DNA of 63,735 bases, filler included, from Collodictyon triciliatum (lineage: Eukaryota), in NCBI GenBank assembly GCA_043381765.1. It is 17 parts of 17 records of this genome, joined end to end, with 100 filler letters (N's around TTAATTAATTAA, not from the genome) between each part and the next. Parts side by side here need not be neighbours in the genome. Positions count along the whole stretch, not along the records: positions 1 to 3,781 come from JBHJMP010006894.1; positions 3,882 to 7,662 come from JBHJMP010006895.1; positions 7,763 to 11,543 come from JBHJMP010006896.1; positions 11,644 to 15,423 come from JBHJMP010006897.1; 13 more parts are not named here. The stretch is one strand, 5' to 3'. How positions within the stretch are numbered: the first letter of the stretch is position 1; each line of letters starts with the position of its first letter. Under the pieces are notes generated by a model that had not been told where the DNA came from, did not search any database, and was given only the letters and a program-made list of their open reading frames with translations. This document shows, piece after piece, positions 1 through 13,998 of the stretch. A program made the position numbers and the translations under genes.

Positions 1-260
1 AAATTAAAATTAAAATTAAAATTAAAATTAAAATTAAAATTAAAATTAAAATTAAAATTAAAATTAAAATTAAAATTAAAATTAAAATTAAAATTAAAAC
101 TAAAATTAAAATTAAAATTAAAATTAAAATCAAAATCGAAATTAAAATTAAAATTAAAATTAAAATTAAAATTAAAATTAAAATCAAAATCAAAATCAAA
201 ATCAAAATCAAAATCAAAATTAAAATTAAAATTAAAATTAAAATTAAAATTAAAATTAAA
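1..260 (+). repeat. (AAATTA)n hexamer microsatellite with AAATCA variants
   Basis: Direct tandem repeat at the contig start. Confidence 0.97.
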
Positions 261-3200
261 ATAAATATTAATATTAATACTTAACTTGAAAAGGATAAGA
301 TAATGCTTGTTGTTGATATTAATAAATTTTTATGTTTTTAATAGTTGTAAAAAACATGAATAAAATATTACTTTTTTAATGTGTGAAATAATAATATGAG
401 AATTTCATGAATTTTTCTTTTTACATAAAAACATAATACACATTAATTAATGGTATATTGACAAGTAATATATTCGATATAAGTAAAGATCTTATAAATT
501 AATTATATTTTAAACATTATTGTTATAATTTATATAATATTTTTATATTTTATCCAAATGGCTTTTCTGAACTTTGTATGAAATAAAAATATTTTATTAA
601 AATGAGAATTATTGATATGCACATTTTGAAAATGATATATAACTGACTTTGGTATTGATTTATCTATACATAATTTTTGTCCCATATTAATTAAAAAATA
701 TCGAGTAACATAAATTATTGTTGTTAATGAAAAAATTAATTTTTTTGTCTAAATATATGAAATTGATAGAGTTATAATAATAATAATCATTTTTTTGAAA
801 ATTTTTTTATTCAAATACTACTGAATCTAGATCGTATTCGACATAAAAATGATTTAATTATCTATGAAAAAATTATGGAATATTTTCATGATATTTATAT
901 TATATTTTTGTTTATGAATGCTGTTTTTTAAATAAAAAAGAGGTAAAAATTTAATTATGAATATATCATATTAAATATGTCTTTTAAGATATTCTTCTTA
1001 TCTGAAATAAAAAATTACGGTGTCAGACATTCAATATAATAAAAAATGACTTATTGTTTTCAGCTATGATGGTTAATTTGTTAATATATTTCACGAAGAG
1101 ATACGTAGAAAAAAATCTGTTTATTTGTTTAAACAAAATAAATCTTAAGTTGAATAAATCATGTTTAATGCTGTTGAATTATAATTAAAATTTAAATTTT
1201 TAACCTAAAAATTGCAATAGTTTTAATTCCTTAAAAATTAAAAATTTATAGAGTTGCACGATCGTATAAAATTAAAGAATAAATATTATATGCTTTTCAC
1301 GGCCTTAATTATTCCATAAATAAATTGAATTATAATTTTAATACAATAAATTGATTTTCATAAATTGATAAATAAATACTCTGGTTACTTTGAATGCTTT
1401 TCTTCGTGATTAAATTTTTTTATCAATTTTATATTTTTAATTAAAAATTATAATCGAAAATGAAAACACATATTTGAAATGAAATTATTAAATTAACTCA
1501 AAATAATCACTTTATTTTTTCCTGATTTTAATAGAGTATTAATATAGATTTTTATATTTTGACTTCTCATTTCAAAAAAATTTATGTCATTTCATTATTA
1601 AGTGTTCGCACTGAATCCCACCGTCCTGCACAAAATTAAAAGGAAGAATAAAAAATATTCACACAGAATCTTCAGAATAATTATTTTGATAATAATAATT
1701 TAAGTATATAGCTGATTGGAATTTATATGTATTGTAAATGAATCGATGGCAAGCGAACAAAAGCCAACATCTTCACCATCCTGCACGAAATTGAAATTAA
1801 TAATAGAAAAATATATAAATGAATGATAGAAAGCAATCAGAATATGTCGTTGCGTTAATAATGTATTTATTTTTTCACATCACATAAGTTGATATAATTA
1901 TATATCTTAAAATTTAAAATTTCATTAGTACATCTAACAATCAAATCTAATATACCAGATTAAGAAGGATAATATTATGATTTTCGTGTTTAATTAAGAT
2001 TTTATTAAAGTATATAAAGTATTATCAAAAGAAAATTTCTTGACTATTTTGTTTTAGATATCCATGTATTTTTTAAATGTCATATAATTGATGATTATAA
2101 ATTGATTTTAACTGAATTGTTTTCAAGTCTTTGAATTCAGTCGATATATACATCGGGATATTTTTCAAGTTCTATATGTTTATTTATATTTTTATAATAT
2201 GTGACTAATGATACTTTTTTGTAAATAACATTTTAATATTCAATATCAGAGTTCTGTCACTATCTTCATTTTATTATTTTATATAGAATACTCGATAGTA
2301 CGTGGTTAACAATACCACAATAATATTATCATACTTTTTTATAATTATAACTATAATCATTTCATTTATTCTATTTTCGATTAAAGTTGTGCAAATGACG
2401 AATTATTTAAATGTTTTCTTTCCTATCCTATTCAAATCATTAGACACAAATTTATTAAACTATTTAAATCATATCTATTCCTATTTACTATAAAAATTGA
2501 CCCTTAAAACAAATAAACAAATTGGTAATATAAGCGTTCGTGAAGAACACATCAAAATAACGCATGCATTCATCATTTATAAGCTCATTTCTATCGAATG
2601 TATTACAGTGATATTAAACTATACCTTATGTAGATATGTGCTGCTCATCGTTACATGATTTGAATAATGATTAAATTTTCTTCTGTGACCCATATTAACT
2701 AGTATATAATTAGGGTACCTCTTATAAAACAACTGACCGATATCAAAACAGTAGAAAGATGCATTCTCTACATCATGTCAATTTACTTTAGGCATGAAAC
2801 AAGCTGGAAGGATATGTATCTGCGGGTTTACCCTGCATCATATGGACGGCATGATGCGTCTGTGTGTGTCGATTGCCATGGTGTGAAGTTAGCAGGAGCG
2901 CTACGATGCCGCTATTCACGGAAATAGACCGAACAGGACGAATGCTCCATACACCCAAGATGGATAAAATAATTTTTTTGTTGTGGTGCAGTTTTATCTA
3001 TAAGCGGACAGTATATATTGAATGTGTTTTGTTGGGGGAGAGTGTTGCAGCGGATGAGCGTGCGCCAGAGTGCGAGCGAGATGGCGTTGGTTGCGGTGGA
3101 AAGGATCGCCGTCTGTGGGGAGGGCTGTGTCGGTCTTGGGGGAATGCGCCCAGTGTTGTGGGGTCAGTTCTTGCTGTGCTTCTTGTTGAGCGGTCTGTGC

Positions 3201-3781
3201 GGAGTTGGCCGGAGCAAGGAGGGTGGGTGTTTGTATGGAAGTGGGGGGTTGGGAGGGGGGGGGGTTGGGAGGCGGGCAGCCAGTTCTTTTTCCTCCGCAC
3301 GCAGATATTCCACGCAACATTATTCTCTTCTTTTTTTTTGCCGTGGCGGCTTGTTTCAATAAAAAGAGTATGAAGGGACGTTTTGGGATCGCCAGTCTTT
3401 GACTTTTTAATTTCAAGGGGGTTTTTTTTTACTTTATGTTTTGTCTTGTTGGTGGTGAAAGGCTCCGAGCACCTTGAGAAGCCTGGGTGCTGTGCTTTGC
3501 TTGTGGCAGCAGCCTCGCAGTGAACCTGAGGTGTTTTTTTTTTTGTCACACGCTCGGCGACTCTAAAAACAAGCGATATTCGGGCCGTTGTACAAAGTTT
3601 GTTTCTTGGATGAACCGATTAGTGACCTACCGAGGCTGTTGTGTTGCTCACAGTGGAGCTTTTGCGTGGGTCTGAGACGAGAGAGAGAGGCTGTGTTTTA
3701 TGGTCTCTGCCTGGATCAAAGGCTGTGTGTGTTTTTATTTTGTTAGCGGTGCCCTCTGCTTTGGGGATAGCCTTGTGCAGC

Positions 3782-3881
3782 NNNNNNNNNNNNNNNNNNN
3801 NNNNNNNNNNNNNNNNNNNNNNNNNTTAATTAATTAANNNNNNNNNNNNNNNNNNNNNNNNNNNNNNNNNNNNNNNNNNNN
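3782..3881. other. Artificial contig spacer N44-TTAATTAATTAA-N44 (six-frame stop); first of 16, the others starting at 7663, 11544, 15424, 19303, 23181, 27058, 30935, 34811, 38687, 42561, 46435, 50308, 54182, 58055, 61924
   Basis: Identical 100-nt linkers separate segments whose lengths fall almost monotonically from 3781 to 3769 nt. Confidence 0.99.
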
Positions 3882-4076
3882 AAAACAAAAAACAAAAAAC
3901 AAAAAACAAAAAACAAAAAACAAAAAACAAAAAACAAAAAACAAAAAACAAAAAACAAAAAACAAAAAAACAAAACAAAACAAAACAAAACAACAAAAAA
4001 CAAAATAATGGGAATCGCACCTCCCATTGACTGACCGAACATTTCTACAATATGAGAAGCCTCTGTTTAAGGTGCG

Positions 4077-5335
4077 ATGTACCAGAAAGTCGCTCGACGC
4101 GTTGCGGGAACCGTGTTTCCATCGTCCCGCGAGCTTATGGCCCTCTCAGAGGAACACAACACGATTTTCTCAGGACGTTAGTGATTCAAAGGCGCTCTGG
4201 AAAAAATATATTCAGTTTTCATTTTATAATCGTAACTCCACTTTCGCCTCTACTCCAATATCCTCTACATGTATTTTTTTTTAAATATGCATGTGCTTGT
4301 CATACTACCCAGATGTTGAGGTGTTGAGCAGCCTTTCGCTTCAGATACTGATATACTACAACGCCCTTTTGGCGGTCGTTTGGTTTATTATTGGGGCTTC
4401 ATTGCTTCAATGGAAGGTTAATACTCACTTAGCTCTCTTGCACCAGGCAATTATGTCATTGGTATACAATTCACGGCGTTTATCGTATGTTTTAAAATAG
4501 ACAATAATAACAATAACATTAATAAAAACCCAATAAAACAAAACAGCGTGATCATCTATTCGAGGGACTTACAATCTTGCCGTACATGGGATTTTCCTTC
4601 TGGTCTATTTTCGAGCCTCTGAGGCTATATTCTGGTTATTCTGGAAATCTACAAGAAAAGGTGATGTGGTGATTTGGGGCTTAATCCCAGTTGGCATGTT
4701 CTTTCCTTTTCACACATTCTTTGCGACCTTGTCAATTTTTAAATGGTCATACTGTGTAATGTTCCCATCACGCCAATTAAATATCTCTCACAGACATCCC
4801 ATCAAAAGATGAGCCATTATGCTATATCGTTCCTCTTTTCTTTTTTTTTTTTTTTTTTTTTTTTTTTGTTTTTTTGGTTTTTTGGTTTTTTGGTTTTTTG
4901 GTTTTTTTGGTTTTTTGGTTTTTTGGTTTTTTGGTTTTTTGGTTTTTTGGTTTTTTGGTTTTTTCTTTTTCTACCTTACTTACTCTATATCAGTGTGTTT
5001 ATAGTATAAGTAAGGCACATGTATCTTCTTCCCTCCCTTTTTTTTCTTCGACCTGGGAAAACTGCATCCATCCATACCACATATTCCCTGACTCTACTCT
5101 GTTTGTGAAGGTTCCGCAAATGGCTGTTTTCTTCATCACCACGCTGCTTCCCATCTTCGAAACTATCGTTTATTTTGGCTACGTTCAAAAGAGAATTCTT
5201 CCTTTCGATGTGGCCATGAACAGCATATACATCTGCTTCTTGATTCCAGAGATATTTATTAGTTTCAAAGTAATCAAGCGCCTTATCAGAGCGCAATCCG
5301 CTCGCTTTCATCTTCCCGAGGCACCAAACCCCTAA
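4077..5335 (+). CDS. TMEM17: TMEM17/TMEM216-family ciliary transition-zone membrane protein, 4 exons
   Basis: Spliced translation MYQKVARRVAGTVFPSS...H|VEVLSSLSLQILIYYN...WK|RDHLF...EPLRLYSGYSGNLQEK|VPQMAVFF...IRAQSARFHL; GT-AG introns; the GYxGNLQEKVP motif is typical of TMEM17. Confidence 0.85.
4836..4965 (+). repeat. Intronic poly-T and (TTTTTTGG)n repeat
   Basis: Tandem T6G2 units within TMEM17 intron 3. Confidence 0.9.
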
Positions 5336-5707
5336 CGGGAGTGTCAACCACCTGTCTTTCCTTTCTTGTCTTTCTCCTACCTTTCTTTCTCCGTTGCGAA
5401 AGCATTTATATGCGCATACAGTGAATACTTCCTCCTATAAATGCGTTATAATTTCGATGACTCTTTTTCCTCAACCAGAGTATTCGCTTAATAAATAAGT
5501 CCCACTACAGCCCCATATTAGTAATGCATTTAGTTGGGTTATTAATCGTCATTTTATCTCTGGAGCAAAGAGGGCCCGATCTGAAGAGTGTTTTTTTTTT
5601 GATTCAGAATCAGACGTCTCTTGCATGTAGACCAAATGGAACATAAAATCAAAAGAAAAGACAGAAGAGGGCTTAGGCAGAAGATTGGAAGAAACGGGTG
5701 CATGATG

Positions 5708-7309
5708 TTAAGCTGCGTGATGTTCTTGAGTCTTGGCTGCAGCTTGCTTCTGGAGCTTTTCCTGGTATTTGACATAAGAGTAGTAAACACCACCAATGGT
5801 GTTCACGAGAAGACCGATATATGCTTGTGTGTCCAAGTCAGCTCCCCCAAAAGTGAAAAGGCCAATAGCAGTGGAGACAATAACTTTGAGTTGGCCTGGC
5901 AAATGAATGTAGGTGTGAATGAAAACATATCTCTCAGCATAGAAGTTAGTCATTGCATTAGCCTTATTTTAATGCAAAGAAAGCGAAATTGATGTGTACG
6001 CTATTTTCTTACCAACAATTGTGGTGGTCAGCGCAGAGTTGATTGTTGTGCAATAAAATAATGTAAAATTAAGCAGAACGCCTTGGGTTAGCGTGAATAT
6101 CAGACAGAACTATACACAATGCGACAAAGTCAGAAGAGCTCAGTTCCAGAAACCAATACTTTTTATGTGATTTGAGTATAGGGTTATCAAGTTGAATAAT
6201 AGAGGTATATGAGTAATCTAGTTTAAAAAAATTGTTTTTGGAAGAGTTCTTTAGAACCTGAAACCCGGCATCTGACCATCCTTCATAGCCTAACATTGAC
6301 TTATGCTCACCAGTCAAAATCAAGATAATAAATAAAAACGGAATAGAAATGATGCTTGTGTAATAGAGGAGATCAAAGGTCTCTAAGCCACCAGAGCCAA
6401 CCTTAGCCACCAGAATCAAATAACCTATGAGCCACAATATTTGATATATAAATGCATAATTGCTCAAAAATAATAATCAAGCACGATGCAAGAGCCCTGC
6501 CAATAATTTGACGACGAAAGATAGCCGAATATTCACATGTTTTAATCTCGTGTCTCACCTGATTGGAAAAAAATTGCCAGTCCCGCAAAAAAATATCCGG
6601 TAGCGTCGTATTCCAAGTCACCTCGACCAGTCATAAACGCACCTATGTATGCAAAGCATAAGTAAACATATGAGATTCAAATATACCGGTCTGATATTCA
6701 AGTCAGTCAGTCAAAAAATTAAAATAATCTCTAATTCAATAATGAACAAATGGTTTCTCTGTTTCATCCCTGTGAATCTAATGCTAATGATATTATAGCG
6801 TAAAAACCTATGATTGTGAGGGCGACTGCAAACTGAATCCTCTTGGATGCAAATTTAGCCATGAAATATTGTTCGGATAGGAGAACAACAAAAGTTGTCA
6901 GCCGCTTCAGGGTACTGCGATTTGTCATAATGAAAACCAGTTTAAGGATAGAATAATAAAAAGAAACACGAAATAATGGTAATAAAATAATAGAACAAAA
7001 AATTCAACCAAACAACCAAGCAGGGTATTATAGCAAAGAGAGGGACATACTTGTAAATAGGAACGGACAAATAGGACAATGAGGCTAAGCCGAAGCCAAC
7101 CGAGCCAACATAGAGTAGCGCGACTGGGAACACGCGCAAGGCTCGTTCAACAGAAACTGGCTGGAGTTTGATCCAACCAACCAAATTCATTACACACAGA
7201 AAAAAGGCAGCCGCAGTCATTTGTAGTAACAGGATTAGGTTTTCAAATTCAAAATTGTAAGTTGTGAGAACAGCCTTGTTGCAAAAAGTCATAAGGACAG
7301 AAACGGTTC
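5708..7309 (-). CDS. Nucleotide-sugar transporter (SLC35D/GONST-like), 5' end missing
   Basis: Exons MTFCNKAVLTTYNF...LLLLQM...GLASLSYLSVPIY, GLETFDLLYYTSIISIP, NSALTTTIV|GQLKVIV...GLLVNTIGGVYYSYVKYQ; TAA at 5708-5710. Confidence 0.88.
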
Positions 7310-7375
7310 CTAGAAGCCAAAGAATGATTCAAGGAAACAATTCATTAATCAGGCCATCCGTTTGAAGCAGAATAC

Positions 7376-7662
7376 AAAATAAATAGAAAATAAATAGAAA
7401 ATAAATAGAAAATAAATAGAAAATAAATAGAAAATAAATAGAAATAAGAATAGAAATAAGAATAGAAATAAGAATAAAAATAAGAATAGAAATAAGAATA
7501 GAAATAAGAATAGAAATAAGAATAGAAATAAGAATAGAAATAAGAATAAAAATAAGAATAAAAATAAGAATAGAAATAAGAATAGAAATAAGAATAGAAA
7601 TAAGAATAGAAATAAGAATAGAAATAAGAATAGAAATAAGAATAGAAATAAGAATAGAAATA
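7376..7662 (+). repeat. (AAATAGAAAAT)/(AAATAAGAATAG)n tandem repeat at contig end
   Basis: Direct tandem repeats. Confidence 0.95.
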
Positions 7663-7880
7663 NNNNNNNNNNNNNNNNNNNNNNNNNNNNNNNNNNNNNN
7701 NNNNNNTTAATTAATTAANNNNNNNNNNNNNNNNNNNNNNNNNNNNNNNNNNNNNNNNNNNNACATACATACATACATACATACATACATACATACATAC
7801 ATACATACATACATACATACATACATACATACATACATACATACATACATACATACATGCACTCATCATTCTCTACGGTA

Positions 7881-10441
7881 ATGTACATGCCTCATTGTCC
7901 CTCACACAAAACAGTATCGCTGGCCAGCCATCGCCCTCCGCCACCGCCTCCTATCCCGCAACGGACCATACCGTCCCATCACCCATCGCCCCAGCCATCA
8001 CAGCCCCCTCCACAATACCCGCCCTCATACTCATCACACGCAGCTCCTCCGCCGCCTGTGTCAGGGTCTGGGCGGCCTACTCAGACAAACGCCCCACAAA
8101 GGCCACCGTCCTCCACACCAGGATCAGGATCAGGATCAGGATCATCAGCATCAAGGCCCGCCCCATCACAAACGGCAACTCCATCGCAGCACCGCGGTCC
8201 TGTGCAAACACATTCCCAGCCACAACCTTCTGCAGCTGCTCGCGCATCTGTGGCTGCAATGGCAACAAATGCATCGCAGGAAATGAGACAGAATTACCAG
8301 GTGAAGTTGAGATACCGGAATCGCCTGCCCGAGCCGCCAGTGGACTGCAAGCTCCTGGGTTATCCATTTGACCCACAACGCCATGCGCGCTACTTTGTAT
8401 CCGTCATGGAGCGCGAAAACATCACACCTGTTCTGATAGAGCCCCTCCTTGGTATTCATGTGGAAACTATCAACAAGGATATATATCTAGATACTCCAAA
8501 AAGTAAGTTTCGTGATATTCCCCCTCTCAATCTATCTTTGAAAATAAACGCACGTCATCTCATGATTATCCCAATTTTCTTTGCTCTGTATGAACATAGG
8601 AAATGACATGATTCAACACAAATAGTAATCAATTTTTTTTTGAAATAGATGACTTGTCGAAAGACGACCCAATATTCTCGCTCGTTCCGATATCAGAGAG
8701 CAGTGAAACATCTACGAAAGGGTGGCTCCATCAACAAACTTACTACCAACCCTTTCAGGAGCCCGTTGCATCAAAAAAGTACTCTTTTTCTTTTCTTCTT
8801 CTCATTCTTGTATTTCCCGTCAACATTTCCAAGTTTTATTCTTAGTATATATGTAAATTCAGTTTTATTTGGCCTCTTCTATCTCATGAATCTTCGTGTA
8901 TGAGTTCTCGTTTCTATCACTATCAACTCTTTTGTATGCACTAATTGCTCCATGATAGAAAATCCGTGCAAAATTTGTTGTTAGCCTCATCACTTCTTTC
9001 AAACACATTCTCACCAATTTCAAATATTTTCAAAGACAACAACCAGCAGAAGATATCAAATCGATATACACCAAAATCGAAACACCTGAAGATATTCGAA
9101 AGTACTCCAATATCGACCTATATATCACTTTATATCGAATTTTAAACCAAAAAAAAACATACATATATGCATAATTGTTTGGAAAAAAAATTTCATTTTG
9201 AAAAGCACATATTTAATTCGTCTTAAATATTTACCAAAAAAAATATTATATTTATCGATTTCAATATTACAGGTCATTTGAAGACGCGCAGAAACCTCCG
9301 GTTCATCCTACCGACCCGTCCATTGAGGTTGCCAAAGTCATTCCTGTCTTTCCAGATTTCGATCGATTTCCAAACAGGTTCATCATTTATTTTCTCTCCT
9401 ACTTCCTTTATTTGATTAAAAGCCAAACATGTTTATCTTGGACTCTGCTTGTTTACAAGATTATTTTTTTTTTTAATATTTTTCTTGTATCATATTTGGG
9501 TCACGCAAAATTATCTATCTTTTCTCTTATTCTCCTATGCTTCGGATGAATCAAGCTAAAATACCTCGAAAATTGCAGTTACAGCTATGCTTATTTCACT
9601 CAAGCACCTGTCATTGACAAGGAAACTGCACTCACCACGGAAGGCGACAACTCAAGAAAGGTCACTTAAAAACATGTCTCTTCATGACTTCTTTCTTTAT
9701 TTCTTTTTTTTTTTTTTAATATCAGGTACAGTCCAACATGCTTAAAAGCATGATGATAACATACCCATTGCAGATGAACCAAGCGATAATGGTAGTACTA
9801 TCTACAACAAGTAAATCCATGACATATATGCTCCCTGAAAGATCAATCGACCCTGAGTTTGATAGAAAAGAAGCCGTACGATACATGAGGGTAAATACAG
9901 AAACAAAATCGACCAATTAGTGTACAGACAATACGCTTCAAAAACTGTCCGTACTCATACCCATTTTTCTGCAGCACTCTGACTTCAAGTATGAAAAGGA
10001 CATCGATTCGCAGGCTCAAACTCACCTCGTTCTTGTACATGATGAAAGACGGAATACGACATTTTACAACAATATCAACAAAATCATCGTGAAAAAGCAG
10101 ATTTCAAAGCCTCAAGTACGAATTTCTTTCGGCACTTATGTTATACTGTGCATCAATTCCGTGCATACCTCTCCATTTGTTTTCTAGTGTTATCTTTATT
10201 AATTTCCTCCCTCCACATTGCTATGCAGTCTTCACAAAGCATAAAGAGAAGGTTGGAAAAGGCCGAGCTCGAAACAGTAGAAATGACAGAATCCACAAAG
10301 CGTTATCATATGGAAAACATTCGAAATTCAATTTATTACAACATCGACATTCCCCAGAACATTTTGCGCGAACTTGAAGTAAAGAGTGATGATCGCGATT
10401 CTTACGATAAGGAGTCTTCTGAGTTCAACGAGGAAGATTAG
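7881..10441 (+). CDS. PAF1: RNA polymerase II-associated factor Paf1, multi-exon, Pro/Ser-rich N-terminus
   Basis: VKLRYRNRLPEPPVDCKLL...LIEPLLGIHVETIN and SFEDAQKPPVHPTDPSIEVAKVIPVFPDF match the Paf1 family; includes a probable 21-nt micro-exon near 8959-8979; TAG at 10439-10441. Confidence 0.88.
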
Positions 10442-11643
10442 GCGCAATCACTCACTTTGTGATTTTGATTCTTCGACACGGAACTGAAGCAACACTCAAT
10501 TAATAAATGAGCAAAGACCAATAAAATTCCTCAACAAATATAAAATACTATGGACATGATAATAATAATAATTCATGAGATAATGAAAATTGCAAAAGAG
10601 TACGCACAATCCATAGGATCTAAACAGCAACTTTGCAGTAGAAGAACGTATTAGGATACGAAATAAACCATCCGGTCAGGCAGCCCGGAGGTTCTATGAA
10701 AGCATTGTCTCTGGTATCATTTTACGGATTGTATTCATTTCTGCGAAACTCAATTTTCAATAGATGTTTCAAATCAAACCCATATTTTTTTCTTTGTAAC
10801 ATATTGAAAGACTATGAGCTACCTTCGATGACATAGCAATTCAAGTCTTGCGATAATTGTATTGATGAATGTATCATATGTCGCAAAGGAAACGAAAATG
10901 TATTGTTATGGGATATTAAAGAACGCTTGCTATATTAATGATGTTGCCTTGATACGGCATCCCTTGAAAATCAAAGATTTTTGTCCCTTTTATTTTTTTT
11001 ATTGTTATGTGTGTGAAACTCTTTTATATCACTGAGTGCTTTGTGGATTAAAGTAAACTGTTATGGCAGAAATGTTGTCTGAGCTCCCTTTGTTGAGAGC
11101 GAAATAGCAAAGTGTGCTCGCGGGCGTCACGTTGTGCGCGCTTTCTCGGAAGGTCAGAGCGAGGGATTCGTTGTTGAGGAACTCCCACACACCGTCACTG
11201 AAGAAAAAAGAAAGAAAAAAATAAAGAAAAAAGAGAGAAAAAAGAGAGAAAAAAGAGAGAAAAAAAGAGAGAAAAAAGAAAGAAAAAAGAGAGAAAAATA
11301 GAAAGAAAAAAAGAAAGAAGAAAAAAGAAAAAAGAGAGAATCAACATATTTAATAATGTCACCTCGGCGACCTAAAAAAATGACCGCATTGAAGGAGAAA
11401 TCGTTTTCACTAGCCGAAAATATGATAAGGTCACCTGCATAGCACAAGCCCTTCGTCATCCTCAGTAATTTGATGAACTGTTACTTCAGGGTCGCTCGTC
11501 ACCACCGGTCTCAAAAACGAGTCTCCAATCGAGCGAGTTACCANNNNNNNNNNNNNNNNNNNNNNNNNNNNNNNNNNNNNNNNNNNNTTAATTAATTAAN
11601 NNNNNNNNNNNNNNNNNNNNNNNNNNNNNNNNNNNNNNNNNNN

Positions 11644-11741
<98 letters not shown>

Positions 11742-11840
11742 TAGTGTCCCCATCTGACACTATTTTTTATTGGACTATATTACGATAGAATGGAAAGAAC
11801 AAGACCAAAAATGAGAGAAAACATAAAGTGCATGACTCAC

Positions 11841-12136
11841 GGGCAATTAAGATCGACGCCGTATTTAGACATCTCCAGAATGCAATCAAAGCGATTGGAA
11901 TCCACTGCAAGGTGAATCGCCGTTGTTCCTGATTCGCACGTTAAAGACGTGGGCGATCCCAACTGACACAGGTATCGCACAATAGAGACAGATCCAAGCT
12001 CACATGCGAAGTGCATGTATCTATCCACAACATAAAGCAAAATAAAAAATAAAAAAATGAAAGAACATAAGAACATGAATGATAATTTCGTGTACAAAAA
12101 AAATAATATAGAGACGAAATGTCGAACACAAAGACA

Positions 12137-12220
<84 letters not shown>

Positions 12221-12427
12221 CTTTTTGAGCGACTCCAAACAATGCATGACGAGCTCAGAAAGAATCTACTTACGTGTAGTCTGCTTCAAACTTTTCAGCC
12301 AACGCGCTCCTGTAGTCGGGCATTTGCGTGCTCAGCATCCATCCATGCTGATCAAAGATGACCTCACTACTGAAGAAGACTGCACGTATTGCGGATACAA
12401 TACATTTTCAAATGGACTCATGTTCAC
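11841..12427 (-). CDS. Ankyrin-repeat protein, partial (exons about 12404-12427, 12274-12347, 11841-12020)
   Basis: Spliced MSPFEN|HGWML...EADYT|YMHFACELGSVSIVRYLCQLGS...GTTAIHLAVDSNRFDCILEMSKYGVDLNCP; two ankyrin repeats. Confidence 0.75.
12138..12218 (+). repeat. Intronic (TAA)n microsatellite; similar arrays at 11644-11741, 17282-17370, 31035-31126, 38592-38686
   Basis: Perfect trinucleotide repeats. Confidence 0.95.
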
Positions 12428-13998
12428 TGGAAAGGCGAAAGGAAACGTGCGAAAAGGATTTTATTTATTTATTTTTTAGGCAGAGACCTGCGCTTTCCAC
12501 TCGCTTCTGAAAGAGGCGCCCAAATCCCACACTGTCGTCTTGTGCTATCGCCTGCCTCAAATCGCCCGGTATCTTGTTGGCCATTCCTCAGTCCTTCTGA
12601 GCGAGAAGTGAAAAAGAGTTCAAAAAAATAATAAAATAATTTGAGTCGAAGGAAGGAGGGAAGGAAAAAGGGCGCGACAGATTCTGGACTCTGCAGTGAG
12701 TAGACATGACTGGTGGACGATCTGGGATGATTCCGAAGACAAAACAACGGGCGCAGGTAGATTCCTGACGCGTTTGATTCTGCGATGAGCGGCTTCGGCT
12801 GCAATTTAATCCGCTGCGCAAAAAGTATGGATTCCATTAATCCCGGATTGAAATACTTCGGATGTAAATGGTATGGATTCAAGCGAGCAAGCCAGAACGT
12901 CAACCTCCAGCAGAACGCGTATGTATGAATAACCCCGAGATTGAAGGGCAAGAGGCCAAAGATTTTTTTCCTTTTTTCGGCATCCTGAATAGTAGATGGC
13001 TAACAACCGCAAACCTTGCTTGCATGTGCGTATGAAAAACATTCGACGGTGACTCTCGAACTCATTTGCAGATGCCAGTCCGAGTATTCAAACGGGCTTG
13101 CAAACCGCCTGATGTTTTGGTTTTTTATCTATTGTGTATTGTCCTGAATGAACCAAATCATTTTATAAAATAACCCCAAATAATCGAATATACCTGCAAA
13201 AAGCATCCTCACAATCGACTCACCTGCGCGAGCTATCTTCAACGAGTTTGTAATGGTACGCACAATGCGGGGTTCATAAGATAGCCGTGGTACTCAACCC
13301 AGTAAATGTCCTTGTCGCCTTTGGAAGGCTTGAAGCCTGTGATGCTCCACTCTTGGAGAATGTGTCTGTGCCGAGCTGAGCCACTAAAGAAATATGACTA
13401 CATTTATTGGTAGGATAATATTCAATGTCTATGTACGGTGTCGTAAACCGAGTCGTTGGCAAACAACCTTTTCGTTCTATATATCTGGTTTTTTTTATTA
13501 TAATTCTCTCTTTCAATTTTGTGCGAGTTGATGGAAGTTTTGACTTTGGTTCGCTAGACTTCGCTTGCATGGACGCTACTTGGGGTTCGGCGGCGAAGAA
13601 GTTGTCAGTAATCAGGAATTACATCCTACGGTTTGGCCTGTATGACTTGTTGAGAGAAAACAAAGCCGAGGAAACCTCCTTCGCCTCTAGGACAAAAGTG
13701 AGCTGTGGACAAGAGAGTGGAAAACCCCGGATTGTGTGGTTAGAGTTCTCGTGATTTAGTTGGAAAAAGATGAAGGAAAGAAAAAAAAAGACATAGAAAG
13801 GAGATACGGTGTTCTCACACGCAGACTATTCTACCCGAGGTGAATCAACTCCAACGCGATTTCTGGTTGTATTCGAGACTGACAGAAGAGCGGATAAAGT
13901 TGTCGGGACGATGAAAGTACGCACATGGTAGTTACTTCTCAAATCGATTCCGACGAGTTCTTTCAACCATCTATCTCAGACAAGGTTTACATCCTATT

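Noticed and set aside
1423-2501. AAAATTGA Mimiviridae early-promoter motifs (1423-1430 minus, about 2494-2501 plus)
   Set aside because: The same octamer occurs in ordinary host regions of this window (for example near 16016, 20313 and 24348); expected by chance in AT-rich DNA, and no viral ORF follows.
3782-3881. Regularly spaced TTAATTAATTAA palindromes as a biological repeat or array
   Set aside because: Always embedded in N44 blocks; an artificial concatenation linker.
4870-4965. (T6G2)n, and also (AAATTA)n at 1-260, as telomeric repeats
   Set aside because: T6G2 lies inside an intron and the hexamer has no G-rich strand; both look like the many other SSRs.
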